Assembly: GCA_964019335.1 (NCBI GenBank)
Contig: OZ025687.1
Span: forward strand, 508,384-572,383
From: Diplonema japonicum
Lineage: Eukaryota; Protista; Euglenozoa: Diplonemea
DNA length: 64,000 bases
Direction: 5' to 3'
Part shown: positions 45,038 to 56,066 of the stretch, piece after piece
How positions within the stretch are numbered: position 1 is the stretch's first letter
How the letters are laid out: each line of letters opens with the position of its first letter
Program-made: the position numbers and the translations under genes
The notes under the pieces: model-generated
What the model was told of the DNA's origin: nothing
The model's database searches: none
Seen by the model: the letters and a program-made list of their open reading frames with translations, nothing else

Positions 45038-47357
45038 TCGCTTTTCAATGTCAACTTTATGGTACTTGCACAAACAAAAGGCTGAATAACCTTCTCCCTC
45101 CTCTCCTTTTTTTTTTTTCTCTCTCTCTCTCTTTTTTTTAAAGAATGTTTAAAAAGTAACCTCTCTCTAGTGGTTTTGGCGCTTCTCTTTCATCCTTGTT
45201 GCTATTTCCTTTTTTTTTCTCTTGACAATGCTTCTCAATAGGGGGAAAAGGAGAAAACGTCTTTTTTTTTTTTAAAAAAAAAGAAGAAAATACCAACTAG
45301 GTGCGCAAAAGTAAGACAAGGAAGCAATGACTGATGATTCAGTGGCAGGGTTATCTCCCCCCTTTTTTTTTTAAAAGTTTTTTTAAGTGAAGAAAGGAGC
45401 GGGGATCCCACTGCAGAGAAACCCATTGTTTAGTAGTGCGCAAGCCTTACAGGCCTTCCCCCCTTTTCTCCTTTTCATTTCTTCTGTTCGCTGTCAAAAA
45501 AAAAAAAAAAAAAAGAAATTTTCGCTTCAGTGCTCAAAGAGAAGACAACAACCACGACAACAACAACAACAAACAAAAAAAAAAAAAAAAGTGCTGCTTC
45601 ACATGAACAAAAAAGAAATCTCTTTCCAGGATAATGATTACCAGGTACCTAGGGCGACTTTCTAGCCCGGTAAGCATTATGTGAAACTCTACCTATTACG
45701 GATCCCTTTTTTTTTCCCCTTCTTTTTTTCATGCCCCCCTCCCGTCTAGCTGGTGCTCTTCTGCAACGCTGCGGAAGGGCATCTTCCCCTCTATTTCGAG
45801 AGGGTGGGGAAAAGGGGGGAAAAAAATTGAGGATTTGGGGAACACACTGTTTTTTCTTTTCTTTTTTTTCCCCCCCCTTAATGAACAGTGTGCTTCGTCA
45901 TGTCACACTGGAGAAAAAAAAAACCCCCCCTCTTTTTTTACACACGAAAAAAAAAAAAAAAACATTGGGGTAGGGATATCTTTGAACCTACGTTCCCTTT
46001 GCTGGGCTCATCCCCCCTCCCCAAAAATTACACGAAATCACTACACAATTTCTGCTACAAATGTTGGTCAGTTGTTCGCTATTTGTATGGGGTGTGAGCA
46101 AAAAAAAAAAAAAGCTCCCGTTTGTAGGCAAATAGCGAACCTAGCTAATATTTTGAGGGGAAAAACAAAAGATTTTTATACCTTCTCTCTCTCGCTCTCT
46201 CTCTCTCTTCCCACCCCCCTTTCGCGAAAAAAAAAAGATTCTTTTTAACCCCTTCAAGGACGGGAGGATATAACCAAAAAAAAAAGAAGGGAAAACAAAT
46301 CAAACATCTTTGAACGCCACCGAAAAGTGCTTTTTTTTTTCTCTTTTTTTAAATGTCTCTTTTTTTTTTTTTTTTTTTCTTGCTTATTCGTGTTTGATGT
46401 TCAAATTTTGCCATTGGTCCGCCCATAGCACTTTTTTGTTTTAACAATATTATTGTCGAGACTAAAAACTAGTTGATGGCAGCGTAATGAGCTATTTTAT
46501 GGTAAAATTCCGCTCGTGCGCACAGACAAATGGAGCGCCAAACTAGTTTTTTATGTTGTGTTTGTGAGGCCGAGGGCCTAGGGATTTATTTTTTCTTCTT
46601 CTTATCTGAATTATCAGTCTCCGATCCTTAAAGGGTTAAAAAAAGAAATAGAGTTTTCAAAAAAAAAAAAAAAAAAAAAAAAAAACAAGTTTACACTGTC
46701 CTTGCCCGAACTACGAGGAGATTGACAAAAAAAATGAGGGGAAAACTAGGGAAACAAAAGAGGAAAGAATTAAAAAAAAAAGTTTTTCTTCTTCTTTTCT
46801 TCCCCCAACCCCCCCCTTTTTTTTTGCTCTTTTTTCCTTTTAGAACGAATATTAATTTTTTCTTTTTCCATTTTTTTAACAGAAAAAGTATCAACTTTCT
46901 TTCTTTGTTTTTAAACCTATCTTCTTCTTTTTTTTTATAAAGATTATTACTGTGGGAAATAAAGCCGTACGGTATGCTAACTTTTGGGGGTGCAATGGAG
47001 GAGGGAAACGTTCTTTTGAAATCGTGAATGGTTTTGCTAAACCGCCTTTTTTTTTTCTTTTTTTCTTTTTCTTTTTCGCACGCCACTTCATGTAGCCTCG
47101 TCCACGGCTATACTGCCCAAAAAAAAAAACACGAAAAATTAGAAAATTGCAACACCCCGCCCCTCCCCTTGCCCACCCCAAATCAAAAGTTAGCATTCTT
47201 TGACTTTTTTCTTCTTTTTTTTTTTTTTTTTTACTTTCATTCCTTTCCCCCAGTAGCATATATTATTATTCTTTTTTTTCCTCATGAAAAAAAAAAAAAA
47301 AAAAAAAAAAAGAATTCCAACCACAAAAAGGCAAAAAAAAAAAAAAAAAAAAAAAAA

Positions 47358-48248
47358 ATGTCAATCGTTTTAAGAGTAAAGCGAAGGCTGGAAGAAGAGT
47401 CCCCAGCGAAGATCATATTGAATGGGAAGAAACGCAAGATCAACGTGGGCTCTGATGAAGATGGAGAAAAAAAAATGGAAGAGCTGACTGGCCTGATGGG
47501 CAAAATAGACGAAGGGAGAAGGGTGTTTTACTTGAAACACAAAGACAACACCAGGCAGACCACCAAGAGGAAACGTGAGCATACTACCGAACCAAAACAG
47601 CAAATCAGCAAAAAACCAAACGTGAAACGAGAAAAAGCAAATGTAGTCATCGAACTTGACACGGCCCACGACGACGATGAATACAGAATCGACGAGTACG
47701 AGATGCGGAGGGAAGGAGTCTTTGAAGAAAGCACCGAAGAGGAAGAACAGATAGAAACATTCGACATCGACCTCACAATGGAAGAGCTCGAAGAATTATT
47801 ATACACAAAAAAAAAAGTAAGCTGGCGAGACGAAGCAGAAGAAGACAGTGAAGATGAAATGAACTCCAAGAATGACTACCCTTCCAGTGATGAAGAAACT
47901 GAGGAAGACGAAGACGCTGACCCAGTGGAGCTCCATGGCCCCCGCGGCTTTGCGATTACAGGGGAGTCTGACCTTATCTGCGATGGTGCCCTTGACGACT
48001 TCAACCCCCCTACCAACCACTGCCAGGATCTTATCAATGCTTTCGAGGCTGAGGAGGATTCCCCCTTCACCTACAACGACGGGTACGACCACTACACCTT
48101 GCAGGCAGAGTCCGACGGGCTTGGCTACGGGACAGGCGGCCAGCTTCGTGATCTGGTAGAGCGGTTCAGCAACATCGCCTTCGACCCCAACGATATGACA
48201 AGCGATTCTGAAGATGGGTTTGGCTATGATGATGATGATGATATGTAG
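47358..48248 (+). CDS. IWR1: Iwr1/SLC7A6OS-like RNA polymerase II nuclear import factor
   Basis: N-terminal LRVKRR.EE.P...I....KKRK and acidic EEDSEDE.N.KNDYP motif. Confidence 0.7.
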   Translation: MSIVLRVKRRLEEESPAKIILNGKKRKINVGSDEDGEKKMEELTGLMGKIDEGRRVFYLKHKDNTRQTTKRKREHTTEPKQQISKKPNVKREKANVVIELDTAHDDDEYRIDEYEMRREGVFEESTEEEEQIETFDIDLTMEELEELLYTKKKVSWRDEAEEDSEDEMNSKNDYPSSDEETEEDEDADPVELHGPRGFAITGESDLICDGALDDFNPPTNHCQDLINAFEAEEDSPFTYNDGYDHYTLQAESDGLGYGTGGQLRDLVERFSNIAFDPNDMTSDSEDGFGYDDDDDM

Positions 48249-48449
48249 GGGGGGGGGGGGGGGGGGGAGGGTGCCCTTCTGCCGAGACCGTGCTGATAGG
48301 GGCATCTTTCCAGTGCCACCCCCTTTTCTTTTTCTATTTGATCACTGAGAGTCGTCCTCCCCCCTTTTTTTTATTGTGCAAAAAAAAAAAAAGAAAAAAA
48401 AAAGAAAGAAAAAAAAAAGAACCAACAGGAAGAAGAGAAGAAAAAAAAA

Positions 48450-48674
48450 ATGTCGACTCAGGTGTCAGCTGACTTCATCTGGAGGGTGGTCAAGGGGAAC
48501 AACGCTTTCCTCAAGAAGCAGAGGTTCGGGCGTGGGAAGGAGGGCGCCAAGCTCAGCACTGAGAGCAGCAACCTGCTCTCCTCCAGCTCCTTCAAGTACT
48601 CCGGCATTGCGCACAAGGGGCTTGGCATGCAGCTTTCTACTAACGGTGTGGTGTTCTCGCGCAGGTATGACCAT

Positions 48675-48764
<90 letters not shown>

Positions 48765-48923
48765 GGTCTGAAGGACGCCACCAGCACGACTAACAAGTCC
48801 ACTGGTGCCGCCGTGCGTATCGCCAGCAAGGGCCGCAAGGACTTGAAGACTGCTGCCAGGGCCAGGGCCCAGAGGCTGAAACGTCTTGCAACCAGGAAGA
48901 CCAGGAAGACCTGGAAGGCATAG
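48450..48923 (+). CDS. RPL28: 60S ribosomal protein eL28 (exons 48450-48664, 48764-48923)
   Basis: SADFIW.VVK.NNAFL.K, STE..NL....SFKYSG, RKDL..AA.ARA; (CA)n-filled intron. Confidence 0.9.
48665..48763 (+). other. 99-nt intron filled by a (CA)n microsatellite
   Basis: GTATGA...CACAG; removal deletes the HTHTHT run and keeps the frame. Confidence 0.85.
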
Positions 48924-49011
48924 AATCGTGAGTATCAGGGTTTCGTATTTCACCACTCCACTCTACTACTCTACTCCACACCACTCACACTCACAGACAC
49001 AGACAGGAGAG

Positions 49012-50012
49012 ATGATGTTTGCAATGATGGCGGCGGCGCTTGTGGTGGCGGAGGCACCACCCTGCAAAACATTTGCGGAGATCTACGGGAACGGGAAGAA
49101 CCTGTGCGAGAAGATGTGGGGTGACGCCTTCGTGTACGTGAAGCCTGAGGACGGGCCTGCGTACGACATGTGGTGGGGAGGAGGGCCCAACCCCAACGAC
49201 GATGTCACCAAGACCTTGCACGACAAGGGGGTCAACTTCTTCGATTACGACCCCGAAGCCAACTCGGTGACGAAGTGCCTGGACTCGCACCACAAGCACT
49301 CCCCGTCGCCTACTGCGAACATGACAGAATGCCAGGTGTGGTCGGACAACAACTGTTGTAAGAAGGAAACGGTGCGCAGTGCTGATGCGCTCAACGAGGC
49401 CTATGGGAAGGAGTACCACTGGAACAGGTGCGGGGAGCTGTCGGACTCTTGCAAGAGGTACTTCGTGTACGAGGCATGCCTTTACGAGTGCGACCCTGCG
49501 GCCGCCCTGTGGAGGAGGTTCCTCACCCACGAGAATGCCACAGCGCACCCGAGGCACTACAACAACAGCGACCCCAACGAGCGCAACAAATGGGAGCTCT
49601 ACAAGATGCCCATCAAGGCAGGGACTTGCGATGGGTGGTATGAAGCCTGCAAGAATGACCTGTTCTGCAGTCTCGACAGTGGGAACTACTTCTCGTGCGC
49701 CAAGGAGTACGTCCGTCACGATAACACTGCCAGCAACGACGACGACAGCCTCCCCCCTGGGTGGATCGCCGTCATTAGCGGGCTGTGCGTCCTCTTCTTG
49801 GCCATCACCTGCTACCTTATCTACATCATCACGAAGGAGAAGCAGGGCAAGGTGTGGGAAATGAATCAAATGTTTATTTTTAAAAAAAAATAATATAAAA
49901 AAAACAGCCTGTTTTCTACCAGCCCGTTGCCGCCTCAGAGGCAGCAGCGAACCACCCTGAGGCGGTCGAGATGAGCAAGCCTGAGTCCACTGCTGGTCAG
50001 GAGACAGCTTAG
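49012..50012 (+). CDS. Folate-receptor/riboflavin-binding family protein, circularly permuted, type I TM (exons 49012-49851, 49908-50012)
   Basis: CLDSHHK.SPSP...ECQVW..NNCC, WNRCG.LS.SCKRYF..EACLYECDP, CDGWYEACK; 56-nt intron gives tail KEKQGKPVFYQP. Confidence 0.85.
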
Positions 50013-50408
50013 GTTGCTTTTTTTTTTTACACATGATTTCTTTTTTTTTTCCCCCCCTCTTTTTTTTTAAAGAAAGTATCTCCTCTCTCTCGCCCCCCTT
50101 TTTCTTCCTTACTTGTAAGCAGCATGCCTCGCCGGCAGTAGCGCTGATGGTGTGTGTGGGGGGGCTTTTTTTTATATATTATTTGTAAGAGACATGAGAA
50201 TTTTTTGCAGAATAATAGAATGTTGGCTTTCTTTTAATTTTTCTTGGGCTTATTGATGGTGCCCTTGGTAGGTGCTGACGCGATTGTCTGTTCCGTTGGG
50301 GGAAGGAGAAAAAATTCGCACCGATACCCACTGTTATCTGCCTCACTCTTCCAAGAGACGAAATTGTCGTGGGGTTTATTATTATTATTATTATTCTTTA
50401 CTGGCTTT

Positions 50409-50449
<41 letters not shown>

Positions 50450-51051
50450 GTGTCCGTGTCGTCTGAAGATAACATTAACTGGAATTAAAATGCAAGAAAG
50501 AAAACCAAAGCGTTTTTTTTTTTTTTTGCCCCTCCTTTTCATTTTTTCTCTCTTCTTTCATTTTCTTTTCTACCTTTATGCACGCACGAGAGGCCCTTCC
50601 TTCAAATATGCTTTTTTTTTTTTGTTCTGTTTTTTTTTTTTTTTTTTTTTCTCTTGTTGTATTATTACAGGGTATTCATTATACCCTCTTTTTTTCCTCC
50701 TTTTTTTTTTGTTTTACACGGTTTTTGTTTGGCTCATCCAACTAGAACTGTGCAGGGTTGCCTTTTGATCTCCCTTACTTTTTGTTTTCTTTTTTTTGGG
50801 GAAAAAAAAAAAAACAAAACAAAATAACATCAATCATCCCCTCTCCCCCCTCCCCTTCTTCTTTTTCCTTTTTATGTTCCCCCTTGTAAACATTCCCCCT
50901 CCCTTTGTGTTTTTCTTTTTTCTCTTTCCATCCCAATGTCATCTACGTCATTTACTAATTTAATCTTTTGTTTTTTTTTTTTTTCTGTTAAGACGGAACA
51001 AAAAAAAATCAAAAAAAAGAGGGAATTGGAAGAAAAAAAAAGAAAAAAAAA

Positions 51052-53082
51052 ATGACCTCAGCAAGCATGGCTTTGATATTTGGTGTCGTTGACGCACCAA
51101 AACCGCAACCCGTGCCCAAACCCCCCGAGGCAAAGAGAAAACCATCGGTCCCTACCCGACAGCAAAATTCAACAACGGGCGATACAAAACCTGCAGTACA
51201 CAAGCTCGAAGGAGTTGTGATGTGTGTTGCGTACGAAATAAGCGCAGAGAGTCTACAAGAAGACACCATCAAAGAAGTCATAAACCGTGTGTTTGAAATA
51301 ACAAAGAACACGTTCAGCCCGCAGAAGTACCACAACACCTCTGAAGTAGCAGCCATCAATATGATGAGAGCTAACGAGTACCTGAAGCCCTCAAAGGAAA
51401 TGTGCGAACTGCTACGTACCATCACCACTCTGAACAAGGACACTCTAGGCGTGTTCGACCCGACTGCAGACACCGTTCTCTCAGAATGGGAACAAGCCAT
51501 CGACAACGTCGACAACCTTCCCGCGGTGGAAGAGTTAAAAAACAAAATCTCGAAAAAAACCGCAGCAGCGGAAAAAATAAGCTGGGGGAGGTTGTTCTCG
51601 TTCAACGAAACACGCCAAACGCTCATGAAACACGTATCTCGAGGGACCATCGATGTTTCAGGTGTTGCAAAGGGCTGGGCGGTCGACACAATCTTCAACA
51701 AGCTGAAGCTAAAAGGCGGGAAAAACATTTACGTCAACTGGGGCGGCGACATGCGATGCTCAGGTCCACACCAATGGTCCATCCCAGTCATGGAACCCCC
51801 TCCTTTACAAGAGATGTTCTCCATGTGGCGAACCCACAGCCTCTCGTCTATCACGTCAACAAGCGATGAACCCGCTTACACATTTTCCGGCTCGTCCATG
51901 GCCATCGCCACCTCTGGCGACTATGGATCAGCATGGAAATACGGGTTTTTCCCTGTTTTAAACCCCGTCACTGACATTTCAACACCAATGCAGGCGAAAG
52001 GTGGTAGTATTGCGTCTGTTACTGTGAACGCTTACACATGTGCTGCCGCCGATGCTTGGGCAACCACTTTGTTGTCATTTCACTGTGTTTCAAACCTTGA
52101 AAAATGGCTCAGAAAACTCGAGCCTGTTCTGAACGAATCCGTGGTGACGATCTGCGTGCTGACCCGCGACGACCCCCCGAAACGCCACATTTACGAATAC
52201 GGGAAGAATGGAACGAATGTCAAAATTCGAGATTTTTCACGGCACATCCCCCACCAGGTCGCGCTGCTGTCGAACGGTGGGAACGAGAAACCCAAATACG
52301 TGTTTGCGTTGGACACCGTGCACGAGGTGGGCGAGTACTGTATTTTCTGCGTAGAAAAAACCTCGGCGATGGCGAAACTGACGTTTCTAAACGAGACCTT
52401 CCGCGTGTCGTTTGTTGAAGGGACGCCCTCCGGACGGGACATTGCCATGCACGTTGCATCCTCCCCATTACCCACCGACGAAGTTTCCGCTTCCTGCTTT
52501 TCAAAAGAAACCTGTTTCCAGATAGAACTCGTTGAAAAGATCGACGCTGGCGATCGCGACATCTGCGTTGCGAAGAAGTCCAGCACCACCGCAGCAAATA
52601 TAAAGATTAAAAAAACATGTTTGGTGACCGGTAGTGAAGGGGGGAAACGGTTTTACAAGAAGATACCAGACTCGCTGTACTGCATTCCATTGGTTTGCGT
52701 GTCAAAGGATGGTTTGTGGGTCCCAGGGATGCATTTTAATGTGTGTTCCGTGATGCCTCCTGCTCTTTCATTTGTCGTTTATAAAGGGATGCCCGAGAAG
52801 GCAGCCGCGGCCATCCTTAAGCAAGGGATTACCTTGGCTGTTTCTTCTCTTCTTCTGTCGGACTTTACGTCGCTTCGCAAGGCGCTTGAGGGGGCTGCTA
52901 CATTGATCCCAACTGCACAGGAAGACCGACTCACTTGCACTGTCACCCGTCTCCGAACTTTCGCTACGGGGACACTTGTCGTGGCGTCTGTTACAGCAAT
53001 GACCGCACCCAGCGACCCGAAGCTCCCGTTGCTGATTTCATCGAACATTCAGCCAGCTATTCTGACCCCGGCTGTTTTGTGA
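51052..53082 (+). CDS. apbE: ApbE (FAD:protein FMN transferase) fused to two degenerate flavin-reductase-like domains
   Basis: IDVSGVAKGWAVD, VNWGGDMR, AIATSGDY, SVTV....CAAADAWAT; C-terminal RDFSRHIPHQVALL, IDAGDRDICVA, VCSVMPPALSF. Confidence 0.8.
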   Translation: MTSASMALIFGVVDAPKPQPVPKPPEAKRKPSVPTRQQNSTTGDTKPAVHKLEGVVMCVAYEISAESLQEDTIKEVINRVFEITKNTFSPQKYHNTSEVAAINMMRANEYLKPSKEMCELLRTITTLNKDTLGVFDPTADTVLSEWEQAIDNVDNLPAVEELKNKISKKTAAAEKISWGRLFSFNETRQTLMKHVSRGTIDVSGVAKGWAVDTIFNKLKLKGGKNIYVNWGGDMRCSGPHQWSIPVMEPPPLQEMFSMWRTHSLSSITSTSDEPAYTFSGSSMAIATSGDYGSAWKYGFFPVLNPVTDISTPMQAKGGSIASVTVNAYTCAAADAWATTLLSFHCVSNLEKWLRKLEPVLNESVVTICVLTRDDPPKRHIYEYGKNGTNVKIRDFSRHIPHQVALLSNGGNEKPKYVFALDTVHEVGEYCIFCVEKTSAMAKLTFLNETFRVSFVEGTPSGRDIAMHVASSPLPTDEVSASCFSKETCFQIELVEKIDAGDRDICVAKKSSTTAANIKIKKTCLVTGSEGGKRFYKKIPDSLYCIPLVCVSKDGLWVPGMHFNVCSVMPPALSFVVYKGMPEKAAAAILKQGITLAVSSLLLSDFTSLRKALEGAATLIPTAQEDRLTCTVTRLRTFATGTLVVASVTAMTAPSDPKLPLLISSNIQPAILTPAVL

Positions 53083-53330
53083 TTTTCTTTTTATTGTGGT
53101 AACATTGAGATAGGTGTGCCTGACAATCAAGTAGACAGCTGCTTGTGCAGGGCGCCGCCCAATACTGGCCTTCTTTATCTCTTGTGAATTTTTTTTTTTT
53201 GGTTCGGCGTAGGAGGAACATGGTGTTTTGGTTGTGCGCCTTCAACCTCGCCCTTTGTCGCACTTTCGGGAGTCCTGCGGTGCCTCAGACGATTTCCCCT
53301 TGCCATTTTGCGATTTTTTTTTTTTTTCCC

Positions 53331-53369
53331 TTTCAGGCGTCCTGCCACATACCGCAGGTACCCTTAAAT
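53331..53369 (+). repeat. 39-bp dispersed repeat, copy 2
   Basis: tttcaggcgtcctgccacataccgcaggtacccttaaat. Confidence 0.9.
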
Positions 53370-53638
53370 ATCTCTTTTTTTTTCCTTTACGATTGAATCT
53401 CTGATTTGAGCATTTTTTTTATTTTTGGTGGGGTCGTTGTCTCTCACCCCCCCCCCCCCCCCCCCTGCAAAAGCTGTTAAATTTGTTTGCATACATTTCA
53501 ACAAAAAAAGAAGAGTTTTCACTTTTTTTTTCCCCTCTTCCCCCCCACCCTGATACAATCAATCGGCAGAAAAAGGAGGGGGTTGTCTGTAGGGGGGGGG
53601 GGGGGGGGGATACAACAAACCCAATCGTCCGTCCCAAC

Positions 53639-54145
53639 ATGAAGACAAGAATGACGGCTGTCCCCATTGGCGCACTGAACGAGGTAGCGCGACTGAAGGA
53701 ACTAGTAAATGAGTTTGAGGGAGTAGTTCGAGAAAAGGACACGGAGATAAAGAAATTGACCTTAAAGGTCAAGGAAATGCAAGGGGTAAACTGTCCTTAC
53801 TGCCCAGAGGTGCATAACACAATAGGTCGGGCGGTACTTCATGTTGAAAGGGCGCACCCATCGTCCAAGTCTTGCAGCATATGCGAATCACTGTTTGCAA
53901 GCCCTTTAAATCTTGTAATCCACTATCATGATATGCAAAGGAACAACTCCCACACGGAAAAGTTGAAGGAGGACCTGAGGTATCCTTGTTGCAACTTCCG
54001 CACCCCACCTCATTGTGTGGAACATCTGTTGACCCATTTTACTGGAACGCATCTCATGGATTATCCGATCATTTGTAGTTTGTGCAACGAGGCTAAATTT
54101 AATGCGCGGGACCATGTGGCACACTACAATGAGATACACACGTGA
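53639..54145 (+). CDS. Coiled coil + multiple C2H2-like zinc-finger protein
   Basis: CPYC..HVERAH, CSIC..H...H, PCC..HLLTH, CSLC..HYNEIH. Confidence 0.7.
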   Translation: MKTRMTAVPIGALNEVARLKELVNEFEGVVREKDTEIKKLTLKVKEMQGVNCPYCPEVHNTIGRAVLHVERAHPSSKSCSICESLFASPLNLVIHYHDMQRNNSHTEKLKEDLRYPCCNFRTPPHCVEHLLTHFTGTHLMDYPIICSLCNEAKFNARDHVAHYNEIHT

Positions 54146-54179
54146 GGAATGATTTTTTTTTTTTTTCTATTCTTTTTTG

Positions 54180-54950
54180 AACGCGGTGCGGAGCAAGATG
54201 GAGTACGCGAACCTGGACCCGGCAGCTATGCCGAAGGCGACGTGGCTGCTGGGGTGGTGCCCAGAGGCTGCCAAGACAAGCCAAGGGCCTTACTGGTGCA
54301 GAAGTACCTGCTGGAGGTAGTCACGCGGAGGGATGCAGCGGTGGATGCGAACTGGACCGCGCACTGCAGACACAAGCTTACCCGTGGCGGGCGGTCGTGA
54401 CGGGGAGGGCGCACCCGACGCCGACGGTGTCTGAACTGCGAAGGCTGGGAGCGTCAGGAACAGTGATGGACAAGCTGCTGGGGCCGGTGCTGAGGTGGTT
54501 GGGAGGCCTGCTGTGGTGACGCGCCTGGTCGGCACACGGCGGTGACGACGTTAGAGCTGGCCCTCGACTTCGAGAGGAGATCGGGCTGCCGCTGGACGAC
54601 GGCGGGGAAGTGGGCAAGGTGGAGGACCTGGGCGTCAAGGCAAGGAGGCTACGGTATGTGCTGAGACGAGTCCAGGACCTGTACCACGCTGATGGCAGAG
54701 GGGTAGCGTTCCCAGCGGCGCGAGTGGAGCGCGTCAACTCCCTACGCTGTATCGGAGGACCGACCACACACGGGTATGACAGGAGGCCAGTACTCCCGGA
54801 ACGAACCATGAGTAGCATCGAAGGCTTGCGGGACAGGTACCTGTCGCAGACACCGACAAGGCTGCCCCGCAGTTTGACCACCGCAGTAGGAACCCAGAGC
54901 CCCCAGAACGGGGACAACGGGGACTAAGCACAGCTCGGCCGGTGAGCGCA
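54180..54950 (+). pseudogene. GC-rich degenerate coding fragment, possibly a 5'-truncated retroelement 3' end
   Basis: Abrupt GC-rich block between T-tracts; coding-like frames broken by shifts and stops (KMEYANL...WLLGWCP / ALLVQKYLLEVV...W). Confidence 0.35.
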
Positions 54951-55058
54951 AAAACGCATACCTTAAAAGAATAGTTTTTTTTTTTTTTTTTTCCCTCAGA
55001 AAAAAAAAAAAAAAAAGTAATACACACCCACAAAAAAAAAAAAAAAAAAAAGAAAACA

Positions 55059-55678
55059 ATGCATAATAAAATGGTGGTATCGTCGCCCCATGTTCACGAT
55101 GAAGATGCAAGCATGTTGTGTGCGTTGTTTCCTCAGTTAGATATGAACGACGCTTATTCAGTTCTACGAAGGCAAGGCAGCATTGAGAAAGCAGCCAATG
55201 TGTTGGTTGATGTAGAAGTTATTGACGAAGTCGTGGAGGAAGAGGAAGGGTTGTGGGACGACTGCAGACGCGAACTTCCAAATTTCCTTCGCTGTCCGAA
55301 ATGTTACTCATCTGACATTTTGCTGGAGGACGAGACCTCCACCGTCGTCTGTATTAAATGCCACCATCATTTCACAGAATCGATGGCGAAGAAGGGCGCT
55401 GTTAGGGCGATTGGGTCTGGGAAAACAAGCGTACCGAAGAAAAGCGTGAAGAAACCTTCTAAAAAAATGAAAGAGATTAAGCTTGAGCCGACCTCCCCTG
55501 TCGAAACAGACGTAACAGGGCCTATCATGCAGAAGCTGCAAGACACAAGGGCAGCTAAGGCCGCAAATCCTACGCTCCGCCTCGTAGTGAGCCACGCCGG
55601 AAAACCAAAGGAAAAAAAAGTTATCACAATTCCTTTGGTCGATGGGTACACCTCACTGATGAAACAGGTTTGATTTGG

Positions 55679-55713
<35 letters not shown>

Positions 55714-56066
55714 AGGCGCGGGCAAAATTTCGTCTAAGGAAACCGTTAAAAGGCCTAAGAATCCTACCAGAAGGGGTCGCTGTCTCGCCCTTGGAAATTG
55801 TGAAACTTCAAAATGGGCAGGAGGTGTGTGGGAAAAAAAAAATTATTTCTTTGTAAAAATGAGATTTAAAAAAAAACCCCCCCATAAAGGTGTTAGTCAC
55901 ATTTCAATCAGAATTATCCAAGACCCCCACAACCCCTGAGGGCAGTGTGTGGTTTCCTGACTCAGATGTGCATGGAGTTGGCACCTGTGAAGTTGTGCCT
56001 GAAGAACTAGAAGTGCCGACCAATGTTGAAAGTCCTGAAGAAGTACGCGTGTCAACGTCAGACTGA
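55059..56066 (+). CDS. CUE/UBA-like + zinc ribbon + ubiquitin-like (KHA/DCX-type) protein (exons 55059-55667, 55716-55823, 55890-56066)
   Basis: LCALFPQLD....SVLR..GSIEKAANVL; CPKC...CIKC; introns 55668-55715 (48 nt) and 55824-55889 (66 nt), both with in-frame stops, give LMKQARAKFRL...LQNGQEVLVT. Confidence 0.7.
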
